The notes below the pieces were generated by a model. It was not told the origin of the DNA and made no database searches. It was given only the letters and a program-made list of their open reading frames with translations. From an uncultured Nitrospina sp. (GTDB lineage: Bacteria; Nitrospinota; Nitrospinia; Nitrospinales; VA-1), in NCBI GenBank assembly GCA_964510965.1, contig CAZECX010000004.1, positions 1-60,369 of the forward strand: a stretch of 60,369 nt of DNA, given 5' to 3'. Below are positions 1 through 11,114 of this stretch, one piece after another. The translations under genes were made by a program, and so were the position numbers. The first letter of the stretch is position 1. The number at the start of each line of letters is the position of its first letter.

Positions 1-1
1 G

Positions 2-472
2 CTATTCCTTGAGTCGGATGAACCAGATCAAGATATTTATCTTTATATTAATAGCCCGGGCGGTCAGGTCAGTTCGGGAATGGCCATTTACGATACAATG
101 CAATACATCAAACCCGATGTTCAAACAATATGCATAGGTCAGGCGGCCAGCATGGGCGCGTTGCTTTTGACGGCGGGCGCTCCCAAAAAACGTTTTGCTC
201 TGCCGCATGCGCGAATAATGATCCATCAGCCCAGCGGCGGATTTCAGGGACAACATACTGACATTGAAATCCAGGCAAAAGAGATTTCTCGCATCCGCTC
301 CATTCTGGACGGCATTATGGCGCAGCATTCTGGGAAAGACGTAGCCCAGGTTAATAAAGACACCGAGCGCGATCATTATATGACCGGCGAAGAAGCAAAA
401 ACATATGGTCTGATAGACAGTGTTATCAGTAATCGAGAAGAAGTTAAAAAAGACGATAAAGATAAAAAATAA
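2..472 (+). CDS. clpP: ATP-dependent Clp protease proteolytic subunit (5'-truncated by window edge)
   Basis: Frame is open from base 2: [21 protein letters not shown]..., then QAASMGA (catalytic Ser), RIMIHQP (His) and DIEIQAKE; directly upstream of clpX. Confidence 0.97.
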   Translation, partial: LFLESDEPDQDIYLYINSPGGQVSSGMAIYDTMQYIKPDVQTICIGQAASMGALLLTAGAPKKRFALPHARIMIHQPSGGFQGQHTDIEIQAKEISRIRSILDGIMAQHSGKDVAQVNKDTERDHYMTGEEAKTYGLIDSVISNREEVKKDDKDKK

Positions 473-527
473 AACTGATTCTAACTGAGCCGAGTTGAAA
501 TCAGAGTCACCTTAAAGTGAGGGCTTT

Positions 528-1775
528 ATGGCGAAGAAAAGCACAACCACTGGGAACTACCGCTGCTCTTTTTGTGGTAAGAGTCAAGAAGAGGTCAAGA
601 AACTCATTGCCGGACCCAGCGTTTACATCTGTGACGAGTGCATCGAGCTATGCAACGAGATCATGGTGGAGGAATGGGCTCAGGAGAAGGGTGAAGACTT
701 CCAGCATTTATTGAAGCCAAAGGAAATTTACAGCCATCTGGATCAATATATTATTAATCAAGAGCGTTGCAAAAAAATCCTTTCCGTTGCGGTTCACAAT
801 CATTTCAAACGGGTTGACTCCAATCTTGAGATGGATGATGTCGAATTGCAAAAAAGTAATGTTCTCTTGGTTGGACCAACAGGTTCCGGGAAAACCCTCA
901 TGGCGCAAACGTTGGCGCGGATTCTCGATGTCCCGTTCACCATTGTGGATGCTACCACCCTGACCGAAGCGGGTTATGTCGGAGAGGATGTCGAGAATAT
1001 TATCCTCAAGCTTTTGCAGAGCGCAGAATATGATGTTGAAAAAGCGGAAAGAGGGATTATTTATATCGATGAGGTCGACAAGATTTCTCGAAAATCTGAA
1101 AATCCTTCCATCACTCGTGATGTTTCCGGAGAAGGTGTTCAGCAGGCGTTGTTGAAAATTATTGAAGGAACCACTGCCAGTGTTCCGCCGCAAGGTGGAC
1201 GCAAACATCCTCATCAGGAATTTTTGCAAGTGGATACGACCAATATTTTGTTTGTGTGTGGTGGCGCATTTGTGGGGCTGAGCGAAATTGTTCGCAATCG
1301 TATCGGCAAAAAAAGTCTTGGGTTTGGACAAAAAATCGTTTCCAAAAGTGAGTTGGAAGAAGAAGATTTTCTTGAAAAAATTCAACCCGAAGACCTGCTC
1401 AAGTATGGCTTGATCCCTGAGTTTGTAGGGCGGTTTTCAGCGGTTGCCACGCTAAAAGAGTTAGACATCGAAGCGCTTATAAAAGTTATGACCGAGCCAA
1501 AAAATGCTCTGGTCAAACAATACAAAAAGCTGTTTGAGTTTGAAGACATCAAGTTAAAGTTCACGGATTCTGCCGTTAAAGCGATCGCTGAAAAAGCGAT
1601 TGAGCGTAAAACCGGAGCAAGGGGTTTGCGTGCCGTGATGGAAGAAACCATGCTCGATATAATGTACGAGCTTCCTTCGCAAAAGGATGTCGAAGAAGTT
1701 GTTATTAACGAAGAAGTCGTTGCCAAAGGTGAAAAGCCCATGATGGTTTACGCAAAAAAGAAACAGGCCAGTTAG
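528..1775 (+). CDS. clpX: ATP-dependent Clp protease ATP-binding subunit ClpX
   Basis: N-terminal Zn finger CSFCGK...ICDECIELC, Walker [37 protein letters not shown]. Confidence 0.98.
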   Translation: MAKKSTTTGNYRCSFCGKSQEEVKKLIAGPSVYICDECIELCNEIMVEEWAQEKGEDFQHLLKPKEIYSHLDQYIINQERCKKILSVAVHNHFKRVDSNLEMDDVELQKSNVLLVGPTGSGKTLMAQTLARILDVPFTIVDATTLTEAGYVGEDVENIILKLLQSAEYDVEKAERGIIYIDEVDKISRKSENPSITRDVSGEGVQQALLKIIEGTTASVPPQGGRKHPHQEFLQVDTTNILFVCGGAFVGLSEIVRNRIGKKSLGFGQKIVSKSELEEEDFLEKIQPEDLLKYGLIPEFVGRFSAVATLKELDIEALIKVMTEPKNALVKQYKKLFEFEDIKLKFTDSAVKAIAEKAIERKTGARGLRAVMEETMLDIMYELPSQKDVEEVVINEEVVAKGEKPMMVYAKKKQAS

Positions 1776-1779
1776 CATT

Positions 1780-4185
1780 ATGGGTTCAGATAAAATTGTT
1801 TTACCGCTTCTCCCCCTGCGGGATATTATAGTTTTCCCTTTCATGGTTTTGCCCCTGTTCGTGGGCAGAGATAAGTCTGTGCTTGCTTTGGAAAAATCCA
1901 TGGCAGAACAGAAAAGTATCTTCCTTTCAGCTCAGCGCAACCCCAACAATAACGACCCGCAGCCGGCAGATATTTTCGAAATCGGAACGATTGCCAATAT
2001 CCTGCAAATCCTGAAGTTGACAGATGGGACCATGAAAGTGTTGGTCGAAGGTCTGCACAGGGGACGCATTGAAAATTTCAAAAAAAATCCCGACTATTTT
2101 GAAGTTGAAGTCAATCGTATCCATGAAAACGACCAGCTCACTCCCGATGTAAAAGCCATGATGCGAAGTGTTGGGAATGTGTTCGAGCAATATGTCAAGC
2201 TCAACCAGAAGATTCCTCTGGAAGCCGTTGCCGCGAGCGCTAATATTCTTGAGCCGCACCGTTACGCAGATACCATCGCCTCCTATATGGTTTTCCAAAC
2301 TCAGGAAAAGCAAGAACTCCTGGAAACATTGAATCCTGCTGACCGGTTGAACAAGTTGCTGGGAATCCTTAAGTCGGAAATGGAAGTTCTCAAAATCGAG
2401 AAGAGGGTTCATGGGCGGGTACGGAAACAAATGGAGCGTAGCCAGAAAGAGTTCTACCTTAATGAGCAGATGAAGGCTATCCAGAAAGAACTTGGCAAGC
2501 GTGATGAATTCAAAAGCGATTTCGATGAGTTAAAGCAAAAAATTAAAAAAGCAAAAATGCCGAAAGAGGTAAACGAGAAAGCCAAGAAAGAATTGAAGCG
2601 GTTGGAACTCATGCAACCCATGTCGGCAGAAGCCACGGTCGCGCGAACCTATATCGAATGGCTCACAGATTTGCCGTGGGAAAAAGCAGCCGGCACTGAA
2701 AAAATAAAAATTCCTGAAGCCCAAAAAGTTTTAGATACAGATCATTACGGTCTGGAAAAAGTCAAAGAGCGTATTACCGAGCACCTTGCAGTTTTAAAAC
2801 TGGTGAAAAAAATAAAGGGGCCCATCATTTGTCTGGTTGGTCCTCCGGGTGTTGGTAAAACTTCTCTTGGTAAATCCATTGGCAGGGCAATGGGCCGGGA
2901 ATTTGTCCGCATATCGCTTGGTGGAGTTCGTGATGAAGCCGAGATTCGAGGTCATCGCCGAACTTATATTGGTGCCTTGCCGGGAAAAATTGTTCAAGGA
3001 ATGAAGAAAGCCGGGGTGCACAATCCCGTATTCATGCTCGATGAAGTCGATAAGATGAATGCTGATTTTCGTGGTGATCCTTCTTCTGCATTGCTGGAGG
3101 TGCTCGACCCGGAACAAAATGCAAACTTCAACGATCATTATCTGGAGATTGATTACGACCTGTCAAATGTTCTGTTTATCTGTACCGCGAATGTGCTTCA
3201 TTCCATTCCGCGACCCTTGCTGGACAGAATGGAAGTGCTGCATCTTCCCGGTTACACCGATCAGGAAAAGCTTGGAATAGCTCAAAGGTTTCTGGTGCCC
3301 AAGAAAATAGCCGAACATGGTTTGACGAAAAAGAATATTGAAATTTCAGAAAAAGCAATCCAGCGAATTATTCAGGATTTTACCCGCGAAGCGGGAGTGA
3401 GAAGCCTGGAAAGAGAAATTGCGACCCTCTGCCGAAAAGTTGTAAAGACCGTAGTGGAAAAAGGCAAGAAGACAAATGTGAAAATTACTCCAGCCAGCCT
3501 GGAAAAATATCTTGGCATTCCCAAATACAAACGTTCTGATAATGAAGGTCCCCTTGATATAGGTTCGGCGATCGGCTTGGCGTGGACGGAACTTGGCGGC
3601 GAAATTCTGTCGATTGAAGTCACCGTTTTGCCTGGAACCGGGAAACTCGTTCCCACAGGACAATTGGGCGATGTTATGAAAGAGTCTGCACAGGCTGCTA
3701 TGACTTACGTTCGGTCAAGAGCTTCCAAGCTTGGGTTGCCGAAAAACTTTTACCAGAAAAATGATTTTCATATCCATATTCCTGAAGGTGCTGTCCCTAA
3801 AGATGGTCCTTCAGCAGGCATTACCATGGCAGTTGCTTTGGTTTCGGCTCTCACTAAAACTTCGTTGCGACACGATATCGCAATGACGGGAGAGTTGACG
3901 TTGACGGGAAAAGTTTTACCTATCGGTGGATTGAAAGAAAAGGTTCTCGCCGCGCATCGACATGGCATACACAATCTGATCATACCCATTGAGAACGAAA
4001 AAGACATTCCCGATATTCCAGAAAACATTAGGAAGAATATCGAATTTTTTCCTGTCAAGACAATGGATGATGTGATCAAGCACTCCTTTGGAAAAAAGAA
4101 GAGAACCAAAAAGAAATCTGCCTCGCAAAAAACCAAGAGGGCATCCAAAACTTCAACCAAGCAACCTACCCTCCGCCTCAATTAG
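1780..4185 (+). CDS. lon: Lon protease (endopeptidase La)
   Basis: LPLRD N-domain, Walker [20 protein letters not shown], catalytic PKDGPSAG Ser and GGLKEK Lys; conserved clpP-clpX-lon order. Confidence 0.98.
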   Translation: MGSDKIVLPLLPLRDIIVFPFMVLPLFVGRDKSVLALEKSMAEQKSIFLSAQRNPNNNDPQPADIFEIGTIANILQILKLTDGTMKVLVEGLHRGRIENFKKNPDYFEVEVNRIHENDQLTPDVKAMMRSVGNVFEQYVKLNQKIPLEAVAASANILEPHRYADTIASYMVFQTQEKQELLETLNPADRLNKLLGILKSEMEVLKIEKRVHGRVRKQMERSQKEFYLNEQMKAIQKELGKRDEFKSDFDELKQKIKKAKMPKEVNEKAKKELKRLELMQPMSAEATVARTYIEWLTDLPWEKAAGTEKIKIPEAQKVLDTDHYGLEKVKERITEHLAVLKLVKKIKGPIICLVGPPGVGKTSLGKSIGRAMGREFVRISLGGVRDEAEIRGHRRTYIGALPGKIVQGMKKAGVHNPVFMLDEVDKMNADFRGDPSSALLEVLDPEQNANFNDHYLEIDYDLSNVLFICTANVLHSIPRPLLDRMEVLHLPGYTDQEKLGIAQRFLVPKKIAEHGLTKKNIEISEKAIQRIIQDFTREAGVRSLEREIATLCRKVVKTVVEKGKKTNVKITPASLEKYLGIPKYKRSDNEGPLDIGSAIGLAWTELGGEILSIEVTVLPGTGKLVPTGQLGDVMKESAQAAMTYVRSRASKLGLPKNFYQKNDFHIHIPEGAVPKDGPSAGITMAVALVSALTKTSLRHDIAMTGELTLTGKVLPIGGLKEKVLAAHRHGIHNLIIPIENEKDIPDIPENIRKNIEFFPVKTMDDVIKHSFGKKKRTKKKSASQKTKRASKTSTKQPTLRLN

Positions 4186-4488
4186 CCCTCTAGCGAGGGA
4201 TGCAATTGCCACTTCCTGGAAAGTTGAATTTTCTAATCCAAGGAGGCTCTACAGTTTTTTATTTCGACAAAACCGCCGCCAATCATATATTTGGGCTACG
4301 AGAAATGGTAATCCTGTTTTACTGTGCGCACGACGATTTTAAAACCGCCATTTTGACCCTCAATTTACTATGAAAAACAGGGTGAAATCGCCTCTCCGAA
4401 ACCATAAAAACACTCAGATTTTATTAGACTTATGGGTTTTCCCGTTGTATTATGATTCGATGTAAATTTGTTTAAATTTATGATAATA

Positions 4489-6351
4489 ATGCGAATTTCA
4501 AAAACATTGATTTTTCGAGCCTTAGGAATTCTACTTTTGGGCTTTATTTTGGCTTCCTGTAGTTCCTTTGGGAGTTCCAAAAAGGAAGCTCCAAAGGAGT
4601 TGCAGGCTAAGATGCCGGAGAGACGGGAAATCTCCATTCCTCTTGAAAAAGCAAGATCCGAAAAAAATAACCTGCCCGATTCGATCACCGAAATTCAACC
4701 CAATCTCGACCTGAAGGAGCAAGAGACCAAGGGGTTTCGTTTTACTATGTCGGCACGTGGGGTTGATATACGAAACGTGTTGTTTGCTCTCTCTCAGGAA
4801 ATTGAGCAAAATATTATTATCGATCCAAATGTTGTAGACAAAGCAGCTACGGTCGATTTGAAAAACGTTACCCTGGAGCAAGCATTGGAAAACTTGTTAA
4901 TCCCTCTTCACTTGGAATATGAAATAGAAAAGGACTTTATTCGCGTTCGCAAAGAAAAAATGCAGACACGAAATTTTACCTTGAACTATATTATTTCGAA
5001 GCGAAGGGGTGGTAGCAATCTGTCTTCCAAAAGTGGTGGAGGTACTACTTCAGGAGGCAGTTCCGGTAGTAGTACAAGCTCCTCAACGACTACAGCTTCT
5101 ACAAGCGCTAGCCTGGGGTCTACACAGACTGGGTCCACCAGCACCATACAATCCTCTGAGGAAACTGATTTATGGACGGAGATAGTATCTGGGCTAAATA
5201 ATATTGTCACACCTTCTGCATCGTCAACCTCCGGAAGTTCAACAGAAGATAGTTCCAGTACCGATTTGACCGGCGGGGGTTCAGCTGTGGCTTCCACAGA
5301 TGGCGGTTCTTCCGATTTAGTATCAAGCTTGTTGGGTGGCGGGGCGGGGGCTTCAACCGGGTCGGGGACTGATGATTCTGGTGCTTCCACAGGTTCCTCG
5401 ACTGCCGTCGCTGTGGAACAGGAGAGAGCTTTTATAAGTGTTAATAAGCAGGCTGGGCTCATTGTTGTAAAGGATTATCCTGATGTTTTATTACAAGTTG
5501 CCGAATTCATTGAGGCTGTAGAGGGATCTGTTCAGCGGCAGGTTTATATTCAAGCAAAAATCATTGAAGTTACCCTTAATGACGATTACAAACTGGGAAT
5601 AGATTGGTCGCAAGTCAGCCCATTTACAGTGGCTAAAACGGCAGGCTCGATCCTTAGGAATACCACTACCATTACAGGTGCTGCGAACTTTGTTTATGGT
5701 CCCTCATCTTCTGCATTTAATGTTGTAGTGGATGCATTGGCCCAGCAAGGTCAGGTGAGTGTTCTTTCCAGCCCAAAAATTGCAACCCTGAATAATCAAA
5801 GGGCCGTCATCAAAGTAGGTACCGCAGACATATTTTTTATTCCAGAAATCACTCCCGCGACTACGACATCGGCAGCTGTCACGCAGTATATTCCTTCAAC
5901 TATTACGATTGGTATTGTTCTCGATGTGGTCCCGCAAATCAATCCAAATGGTGAAATAATGATGAGCATCAATACCAGCATCACCGAGAAGTCAGGGGAA
6001 AGAACATCCCCAGACGGGGTCAATGTTGTTCCCATTCTTGATGTGCGAGAGGCTAACAATGTGGTTTTAGCGCAGCATGGACAGACAATTGTCATTGGAG
6101 GATTGATGAAAACGAAAAAGGAAGTGGATGATAATTCCGTGCCACTTCTTGGTTCTCTTCCCGGTATCGGTCGGCTTTTTCACTGGGACCAGGAAAACAC
6201 ATTAAAGTCAGAGTTGGTCATTATGCTGTCTCCCGAAATAATGGCTGGCAGGGCAGTGGATGATCGCTTCATCAAAGAAAGAGACCGGTTGAGAAATACC
6301 GGCTATGATGTATATTCAGATACTATTGTTAACCCTTCCTTTAAAAGGTAG
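4489..6351 (+). CDS. Lipoprotein secretin, MshL/GspD-like (STN + Ser/Gly-rich N-domain + secretin C-domain)
   Basis: Lipobox LASC, STN-like domain, QVYIQAKIIEV, VLSSPKIATLNNQRAVIKVG, GQTIVIGGL, VPLLGSLPGIGRLF. Start could also be 4468 or 4480. Confidence 0.88.
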   Translation: MRISKTLIFRALGILLLGFILASCSSFGSSKKEAPKELQAKMPERREISIPLEKARSEKNNLPDSITEIQPNLDLKEQETKGFRFTMSARGVDIRNVLFALSQEIEQNIIIDPNVVDKAATVDLKNVTLEQALENLLIPLHLEYEIEKDFIRVRKEKMQTRNFTLNYIISKRRGGSNLSSKSGGGTTSGGSSGSSTSSSTTTASTSASLGSTQTGSTSTIQSSEETDLWTEIVSGLNNIVTPSASSTSGSSTEDSSSTDLTGGGSAVASTDGGSSDLVSSLLGGGAGASTGSGTDDSGASTGSSTAVAVEQERAFISVNKQAGLIVVKDYPDVLLQVAEFIEAVEGSVQRQVYIQAKIIEVTLNDDYKLGIDWSQVSPFTVAKTAGSILRNTTTITGAANFVYGPSSSAFNVVVDALAQQGQVSVLSSPKIATLNNQRAVIKVGTADIFFIPEITPATTTSAAVTQYIPSTITIGIVLDVVPQINPNGEIMMSINTSITEKSGERTSPDGVNVVPILDVREANNVVLAQHGQTIVIGGLMKTKKEVDDNSVPLLGSLPGIGRLFHWDQENTLKSELVIMLSPEIMAGRAVDDRFIKERDRLRNTGYDVYSDTIVNPSFKR

Positions 6352-6360
6352 GCGCCTTAC

Positions 6361-7962
6361 ATGTACGAAAATTATTTCCAGTTCAAGGAAAAACCTTTCA
6401 GTCTGACACCTGATCCTAAGTTTCTTTATCTGAGCAAACAGTATCAGGGAGCTTTGGACCATATGTTATATGGGATCAAGCAAAGGGAAGGCTTTATGGT
6501 TATTGCTGGAGATGTGGGTACGGGCAAGACTACTCTTTGCCGTTGTCTTCTTGATCGGCTGGATGAAGACGTTGAAGTAGCGCTGATACTAAATCCCATG
6601 CTTTCAGACATGGATTTACTTAGAAATGTTGTGCATGATCTGCAAATCGATCCTGTTCAAGCCCAGCAACCAGCCGGAATTATAGAAGACGATTCAACCG
6701 GAGACAGTATTGAGATCGACCTGTCACCTGAAATAATTCCTTCTGAAGATCTGCGTCGGCAGGATCATACATGGATAAATAACGCATCGAAAAAAGAACT
6801 CATCGATGCTTTAAACGTTTTTCTTCTTAACCGGCATGAACAAGGGCGAACTACCGTTCTTATCGTAGATGAAGCGCAAAACCTGTCTCTCGATGTTATG
6901 GAACAAGTTAGGATTCTCTCCAACATTGAAACTGAAAAAGACAAGCTGCTTCAAATTATTTTCGTCGGCCAATTAGAATTAAACGAAAAACTTAAGTTGC
7001 CAACTCTAAAGCAACTGAATCAACGAATATCGATCCGCTACGAAATTTCACCCCTGGACCTTGATGGAACAAAAAATTATATTGATCACCGAATCATGAT
7101 TGCAGGCGCTGCATCTCGCGTAACATTTACGCGCTCCGCATTGAAAGAAGTTTATAACTATTCCAAAGGTTATCCTCGTCTCATCAATCTGGCTTGCGAT
7201 CGAGCGTTACTTGCCGGATACAATCAACAAGTAGAAACCATTGACAAGAGTCATGTTTGTGAAGCCATTAGAAGTCTATTGGGCGAAGAAAATAAAGATT
7301 ATTTTTTAAACCGAATTATCAAAAATCAATTACCTTTAGTGGCATCCGTTTTATTTTTCATTGCAGGATTGGCGTTTTTTGTTCTTTCGAAAATGGATTC
7401 TGGAAAAGCTGAAATAGTGTCCTTGTCGGCAAATAATATGGCTTCTATAAAAGCTCCACCTGCGCCAACGCCAGTTGCTACAGTGAATCAAATGGGATCT
7501 GTTTCTGCAGCTCCTGTTTCAAATACCGCTACTACACCCGTTCAAGAATTTATCGCGGATCTCGAAAAAACCTCCCCCGTTGCAAATTATGAAGAGCCCG
7601 AGGTTCCTTCTGCACAAGTTCCTTTAGAAGTACCTGCAGAAGAGGTGACAGCTTCGGCAGCTATAGAAGATGCCGCGCCTGAGCCAGCAAATCCACCGGC
7701 TGCCGTAAGCGCATTGAACCCGGGGAATTACCGTATTCAGGTTTATTCATTAAAAGATAGAGCAGCGGCAGAACGACATAAGGAAGAATTACTTCAAGGC
7801 GGGTTTGATGCTTTCTTGAAAAAGGCAGTTTCTGCCGGACAAGACTGGTACATTGTTTATGTAGGACCCTTTGCCAATATTAATTCTGCCAAAGTTAACT
7901 TGAAGGCATTAAAGTTTTCCGGCCGGGAGCCCATTCTGCTTTCCGTCACTACGACCAGTTGA
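6361..7962 (+). CDS. ExeA/MshM-like AAA ATPase with TM segment and C-terminal SPOR domain
   Basis: KPFSLTPDPKFLY, Walker A GDVGTGKT, LIVDEAQNL, QIIFVGQLEL, GYPRLINLACDRAL; C-terminal YRIQV...WYIVYVGPF SPOR-like fold. Confidence 0.9.
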   Translation: MYENYFQFKEKPFSLTPDPKFLYLSKQYQGALDHMLYGIKQREGFMVIAGDVGTGKTTLCRCLLDRLDEDVEVALILNPMLSDMDLLRNVVHDLQIDPVQAQQPAGIIEDDSTGDSIEIDLSPEIIPSEDLRRQDHTWINNASKKELIDALNVFLLNRHEQGRTTVLIVDEAQNLSLDVMEQVRILSNIETEKDKLLQIIFVGQLELNEKLKLPTLKQLNQRISIRYEISPLDLDGTKNYIDHRIMIAGAASRVTFTRSALKEVYNYSKGYPRLINLACDRALLAGYNQQVETIDKSHVCEAIRSLLGEENKDYFLNRIIKNQLPLVASVLFFIAGLAFFVLSKMDSGKAEIVSLSANNMASIKAPPAPTPVATVNQMGSVSAAPVSNTATTPVQEFIADLEKTSPVANYEEPEVPSAQVPLEVPAEEVTASAAIEDAAPEPANPPAAVSALNPGNYRIQVYSLKDRAAAERHKEELLQGGFDAFLKKAVSAGQDWYIVYVGPFANINSAKVNLKALKFSGREPILLSVTTTS

Positions 7963-7975
7963 GAGAGGGCGGAGC

Positions 7976-9316
7976 GTGAGCCTGATCGCAGACAGCCTGA
8001 AAAAGGCACTCAAAGAAAAAACCTTTAAAGTAAGCCCGGGAATTAATCTTCTTAAAAACCTGGGGCAGAAATCGAAACCGCAGCGCTTCGATCAGAAAGA
8101 AGTAAAACGATTCGTTTTACTGATTGTGATTCCAGCTGGGATCCTGATTTTCTTACTTGTAGCCAATCCCTTTGCCTCGAAAGTTAAGGTGATACCACCG
8201 GCGCCGGTGGTAGCGAAAATCCCTCCTCAACCGGCTCCAGCACCACCCCCTAAACAGGAAGTTATAAAACCGCCGCCGGTTGCACCGGCTCAACCAGTTG
8301 CATCGAAACCCGCTCCTCCTGTGGTGAAAAAGCCTGTGCAACGAAAGCCGGCAGCTAGAAAATCAGTACCCAGAAAACCGGCGCCAGTAAAATCAGATAA
8401 TATTCCCATCATAGAGCCCGGGATGAAAGAGGTGTCTATTGAAGAGCTTACTTCTCCGATAAAAAAGCCTGTTGCTCAAAACCCCAAACCCGTGGCCCGG
8501 GTGGAATTAAGGGAGCCGCCGGATTCACCTCCTGTTCCAATAAAGCTGGAACCGAAACCTCATGAAGTGGAGATGGAAAAAAAACCGGTTCCTCCAAAGC
8601 TGACGGAGGAAACTCTTCCACTAGTTGAAGAAGTAATAGAAAAATCAGTTATAACTCCAAAACCAAAAAAAAATGAAAGTCGGGTTGCGGCCCTGGTTCC
8701 ACAGCAACAGGATGTAACATTCCCAAACTTACCAGAACCGGACATTTTTAAAAATGGAGACTATTATTTTAACCGTGCGATTTTTTATCAGCAGTCAAGA
8801 GACTGGGAAAAAGCTTTATCAAACTATGCTCAAGCCGCAAAACTTAGTCCGGGTAATCCTGATATTTACAATAACATGGGTGTCATTCACAAGGAGTTGC
8901 GGCAATATAATCGAGCAATTGAAGAGTTCCTAAGAGCCGTATATTTAAAGCCAGATTATGCAAAACCCTACAATAATATTGGTGTGGTATACTTTGCGAA
9001 AGAAGACTATTTGACCGCTATCCAGAATTATAAGAAAGCCATCTCGATTGACCCAAAAAACCTTGAGGCTTTAAATAATTTGTCTGTGGCTTTTAAAAAA
9101 ATGGGGCAGCTTGAAAAAGCCAAATCTGTTTTAAATCAGGCTCTGAAGTTGGGATCAAACCATGCGGGGACTCACTATAATCTAGCGGTTTTGCATGAAG
9201 AAACGGGAAACATGGAAGCAGCCATTCATTTTTACCAAAAATTTTCCAAGTTAGGTTTGAGCAGCCATCCCGCTCTCGTACGAAAAGTAGAAAAGCATAT
9301 TAAAACATTAAAATAA
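7976..9316 (+). CDS. Membrane-anchored TPR protein with Pro/Lys-rich linker (MshN-like)
   Basis: GTG start; MSLIADSLKK N-terminus typical of ExeB/MshN-like partners, one TM helix, Pro-rich stalk, several TPRs (YNNMGV, YNNIGV, LNNLSV, HYNLAV). Confidence 0.75.
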   Translation: MSLIADSLKKALKEKTFKVSPGINLLKNLGQKSKPQRFDQKEVKRFVLLIVIPAGILIFLLVANPFASKVKVIPPAPVVAKIPPQPAPAPPPKQEVIKPPPVAPAQPVASKPAPPVVKKPVQRKPAARKSVPRKPAPVKSDNIPIIEPGMKEVSIEELTSPIKKPVAQNPKPVARVELREPPDSPPVPIKLEPKPHEVEMEKKPVPPKLTEETLPLVEEVIEKSVITPKPKKNESRVAALVPQQQDVTFPNLPEPDIFKNGDYYFNRAIFYQQSRDWEKALSNYAQAAKLSPGNPDIYNNMGVIHKELRQYNRAIEEFLRAVYLKPDYAKPYNNIGVVYFAKEDYLTAIQNYKKAISIDPKNLEALNNLSVAFKKMGQLEKAKSVLNQALKLGSNHAGTHYNLAVLHEETGNMEAAIHFYQKFSKLGLSSHPALVRKVEKHIKTLK

Positions 9317-9356
9317 TTTTAGAAACTTCCGGTAGTCAAAAATAATATAAGCAGCT

Positions 9357-9995
9357 ATGTTTAAAAAAGCGCTAAAGAAAAATCTGATTGCGGGATTATT
9401 GGTCACCATCCCCGCAGCGTTGACCTATATGATTCTGTCGTTTGTCATTACACGTGTTGACAAGGCGATGAAGCCAGTTATTACAGGGGTTTTAGGGCCT
9501 GAATATATAAAATTAATGGAAGACTGGCATATTCCCGGGACGGGTTTCTTATTTCTAGCCATTTTCGTAATTGCAGTTGGCTTGGTTGGAACTAATTTTA
9601 TTGGAAAAAAAGTGGTGGCGATGGGTGAAAAGATACTCCATAACATCCCGGTCGTCCGCGTTATTTATACCAGTATCAAAAAAGTAGTCGACACGGTATC
9701 ATTGACAGAAACACCCAGTTTTCAAAAGATGGTTCTTATCACTTATCCAAGGGAACCCTTAAAAACTTTGGGAATAGTTTGTTGTGATACTCCGGATGGG
9801 ATCTCTGAGGGTGAAAAAATGTTAAATATTTTTGTGCCTACATCGCCTAACCCTACAACGGGATTTCTTTTTATGCTACCAGAAAAAGACACCCAACCTT
9901 TAAAAATGTCTGTCGAGGAAGGTTTGAAAATGATTATTTCTTTTGGGATGACACATCCTGATGCTCCGGAAGAAACTTTACACATAAAAAATTAG
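9357..9995 (+). CDS. DUF502 family membrane protein
   Basis: AGLLVTIP, IPVVRVIYTSIKKVV, VLITYPR, FVPTSPNPTTGFL, MSVEEGLKMIISFG. Confidence 0.92.
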   Translation: MFKKALKKNLIAGLLVTIPAALTYMILSFVITRVDKAMKPVITGVLGPEYIKLMEDWHIPGTGFLFLAIFVIAVGLVGTNFIGKKVVAMGEKILHNIPVVRVIYTSIKKVVDTVSLTETPSFQKMVLITYPREPLKTLGIVCCDTPDGISEGEKMLNIFVPTSPNPTTGFLFMLPEKDTQPLKMSVEEGLKMIISFGMTHPDAPEETLHIKN

Positions 9996-10001
9996 TATTC
10001 T

Positions 10002-10667
10002 TTATTTTTTATTCTCGGTGGTCATTTTATCTTTCATTTTTTTTCCAGCTAGAGTTTCGCTAATTCGCTTAGCGACCTTAACATCCAATTGACTGAGTAC
10101 CTTGCCGGCGATCTTGCTTTTCATTCCTGAAACGATCTTGAGGGCCAGGTCATCGTCAATTGCTTCAATTAAGGTAGCAGCCTCTTCAGGTTTCATGCTG
10201 GAATAAACTTTGATCAGGGCCTCTACATTTTCCTTTGTTTTTTCATTCTGAATCCCAAGTTGTTGTTTGGATTCAGAAAGCCCTTTCTCAATTTTTTCCA
10301 GGTCTTTGCTGACCTTTGCTTCAATGGCTTTAATTCTAAGTTCTTTTATACGTAGTTCTTCTTCCCGACGTTTTAGCTCCCGGTTTTTCTTCTCGATGGT
10401 TTCAATCATTCGAAATGTTTCAGGGTTTACAGCAGGCATTTTTGTTGGAAGGGCTACCTTTTTATCCTTAGCGGCTTCACCTTCTTCATTACCTTCCAGG
10501 ATAGGCTTGTCTGTATTAGTACGTTTTTCCTCGGTTTTTCCATCAAGCATTTTGACCTGAGCGTAGGCTACACCCATTTGCGAATGAGGGCTTTCAACCC
10601 ACAGGTATTTGCCGAAAAGAAAAGAAGCTGCTGTCGCAATAAAAATAAATAATATTTTATTCTTCAT
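10002..10667 (-). CDS. MotE/YlxF/FlbB-like flagellar protein (TM, coiled coil, MgtE-N-like C-terminus)
   Basis: LIKVYSSMKPEEAATLI...MKSKIAGKVLSQLD motif; usual position after fliJ. Confidence 0.78.
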   Translation of the reverse strand: MKNKILFIFIATAASFLFGKYLWVESPHSQMGVAYAQVKMLDGKTEEKRTNTDKPILEGNEEGEAAKDKKVALPTKMPAVNPETFRMIETIEKKNRELKRREEELRIKELRIKAIEAKVSKDLEKIEKGLSESKQQLGIQNEKTKENVEALIKVYSSMKPEEAATLIEAIDDDLALKIVSGMKSKIAGKVLSQLDVKVAKRISETLAGKKMKDKMTTENKK

Positions 10668-10676
10668 ATCGGTTTC

Positions 10677-11111
10677 CTAAAATTTCCTTCCCCACAGGTT
10701 CGAGGAGTTTTCATCCTGAATGGCAAGTTCCTTTTTCTCTCTGAGTTTTCTTTCTTTCAACATATCGCGATCTTTCAATATTTCCAAAGTTCTCCGTTTT
10801 CTCATTGCGTCAACGACTTCCTTGCGTTTCTCTTCAAGTTTAACCGTGATTTCAGAGATGATTGTGTCTTGCCGTTGTTTATGAACCTTGGTGCCACGAA
10901 AAAAATTGTCATACAGGATCATTGTTTGGACATCAATGGTTTGTCTCTTTTTTTTATTTAATTCCTCTTTTTTGTTCTCCGTGAGTTCTTTCATGAAGTC
11001 TTGGCTGTCCTGCTGTTTTTGGATCAGGGCATTGATCTGCCCCATATCCTTTTGTAGCAGGTCTTCCTTATTCTTGTTTAGTTTGAGAATTGTTTCAAAT
11101 CGAAAGCTCAC
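10677..11111 (-). CDS. fliJ: Flagellar export protein FliJ
   Basis: GTG start; FRFETILKL N-terminus, ~145 aa coiled coil, ENSSNLW end; follows fliI. Confidence 0.85.
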   Translation of the reverse strand: MSFRFETILKLNKNKEDLLQKDMGQINALIQKQQDSQDFMKELTENKKEELNKKKRQTIDVQTMILYDNFFRGTKVHKQRQDTIISEITVKLEEKRKEVVDAMRKRRTLEILKDRDMLKERKLREKKELAIQDENSSNLWGRKF

Positions 11112-11114
11112 CTT

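Noticed and set aside
4090-4185. Lys-rich Lon C-terminal tail as a novel DNA-binding module
   Set aside because: Short basic tails are common on Lon proteins and nothing else supports a special role.
4186-4199. Intrinsic terminator after lon (CCCTC-TAGC-GAGGG)
   Set aside because: Only a 5-bp stem and no U-tract.
5020-5410. Ser/Gly/Thr-rich tracts in the secretin as a repeat element
   Set aside because: Low-complexity loops are typical of MshL-type secretins and there is no DNA-level periodicity.
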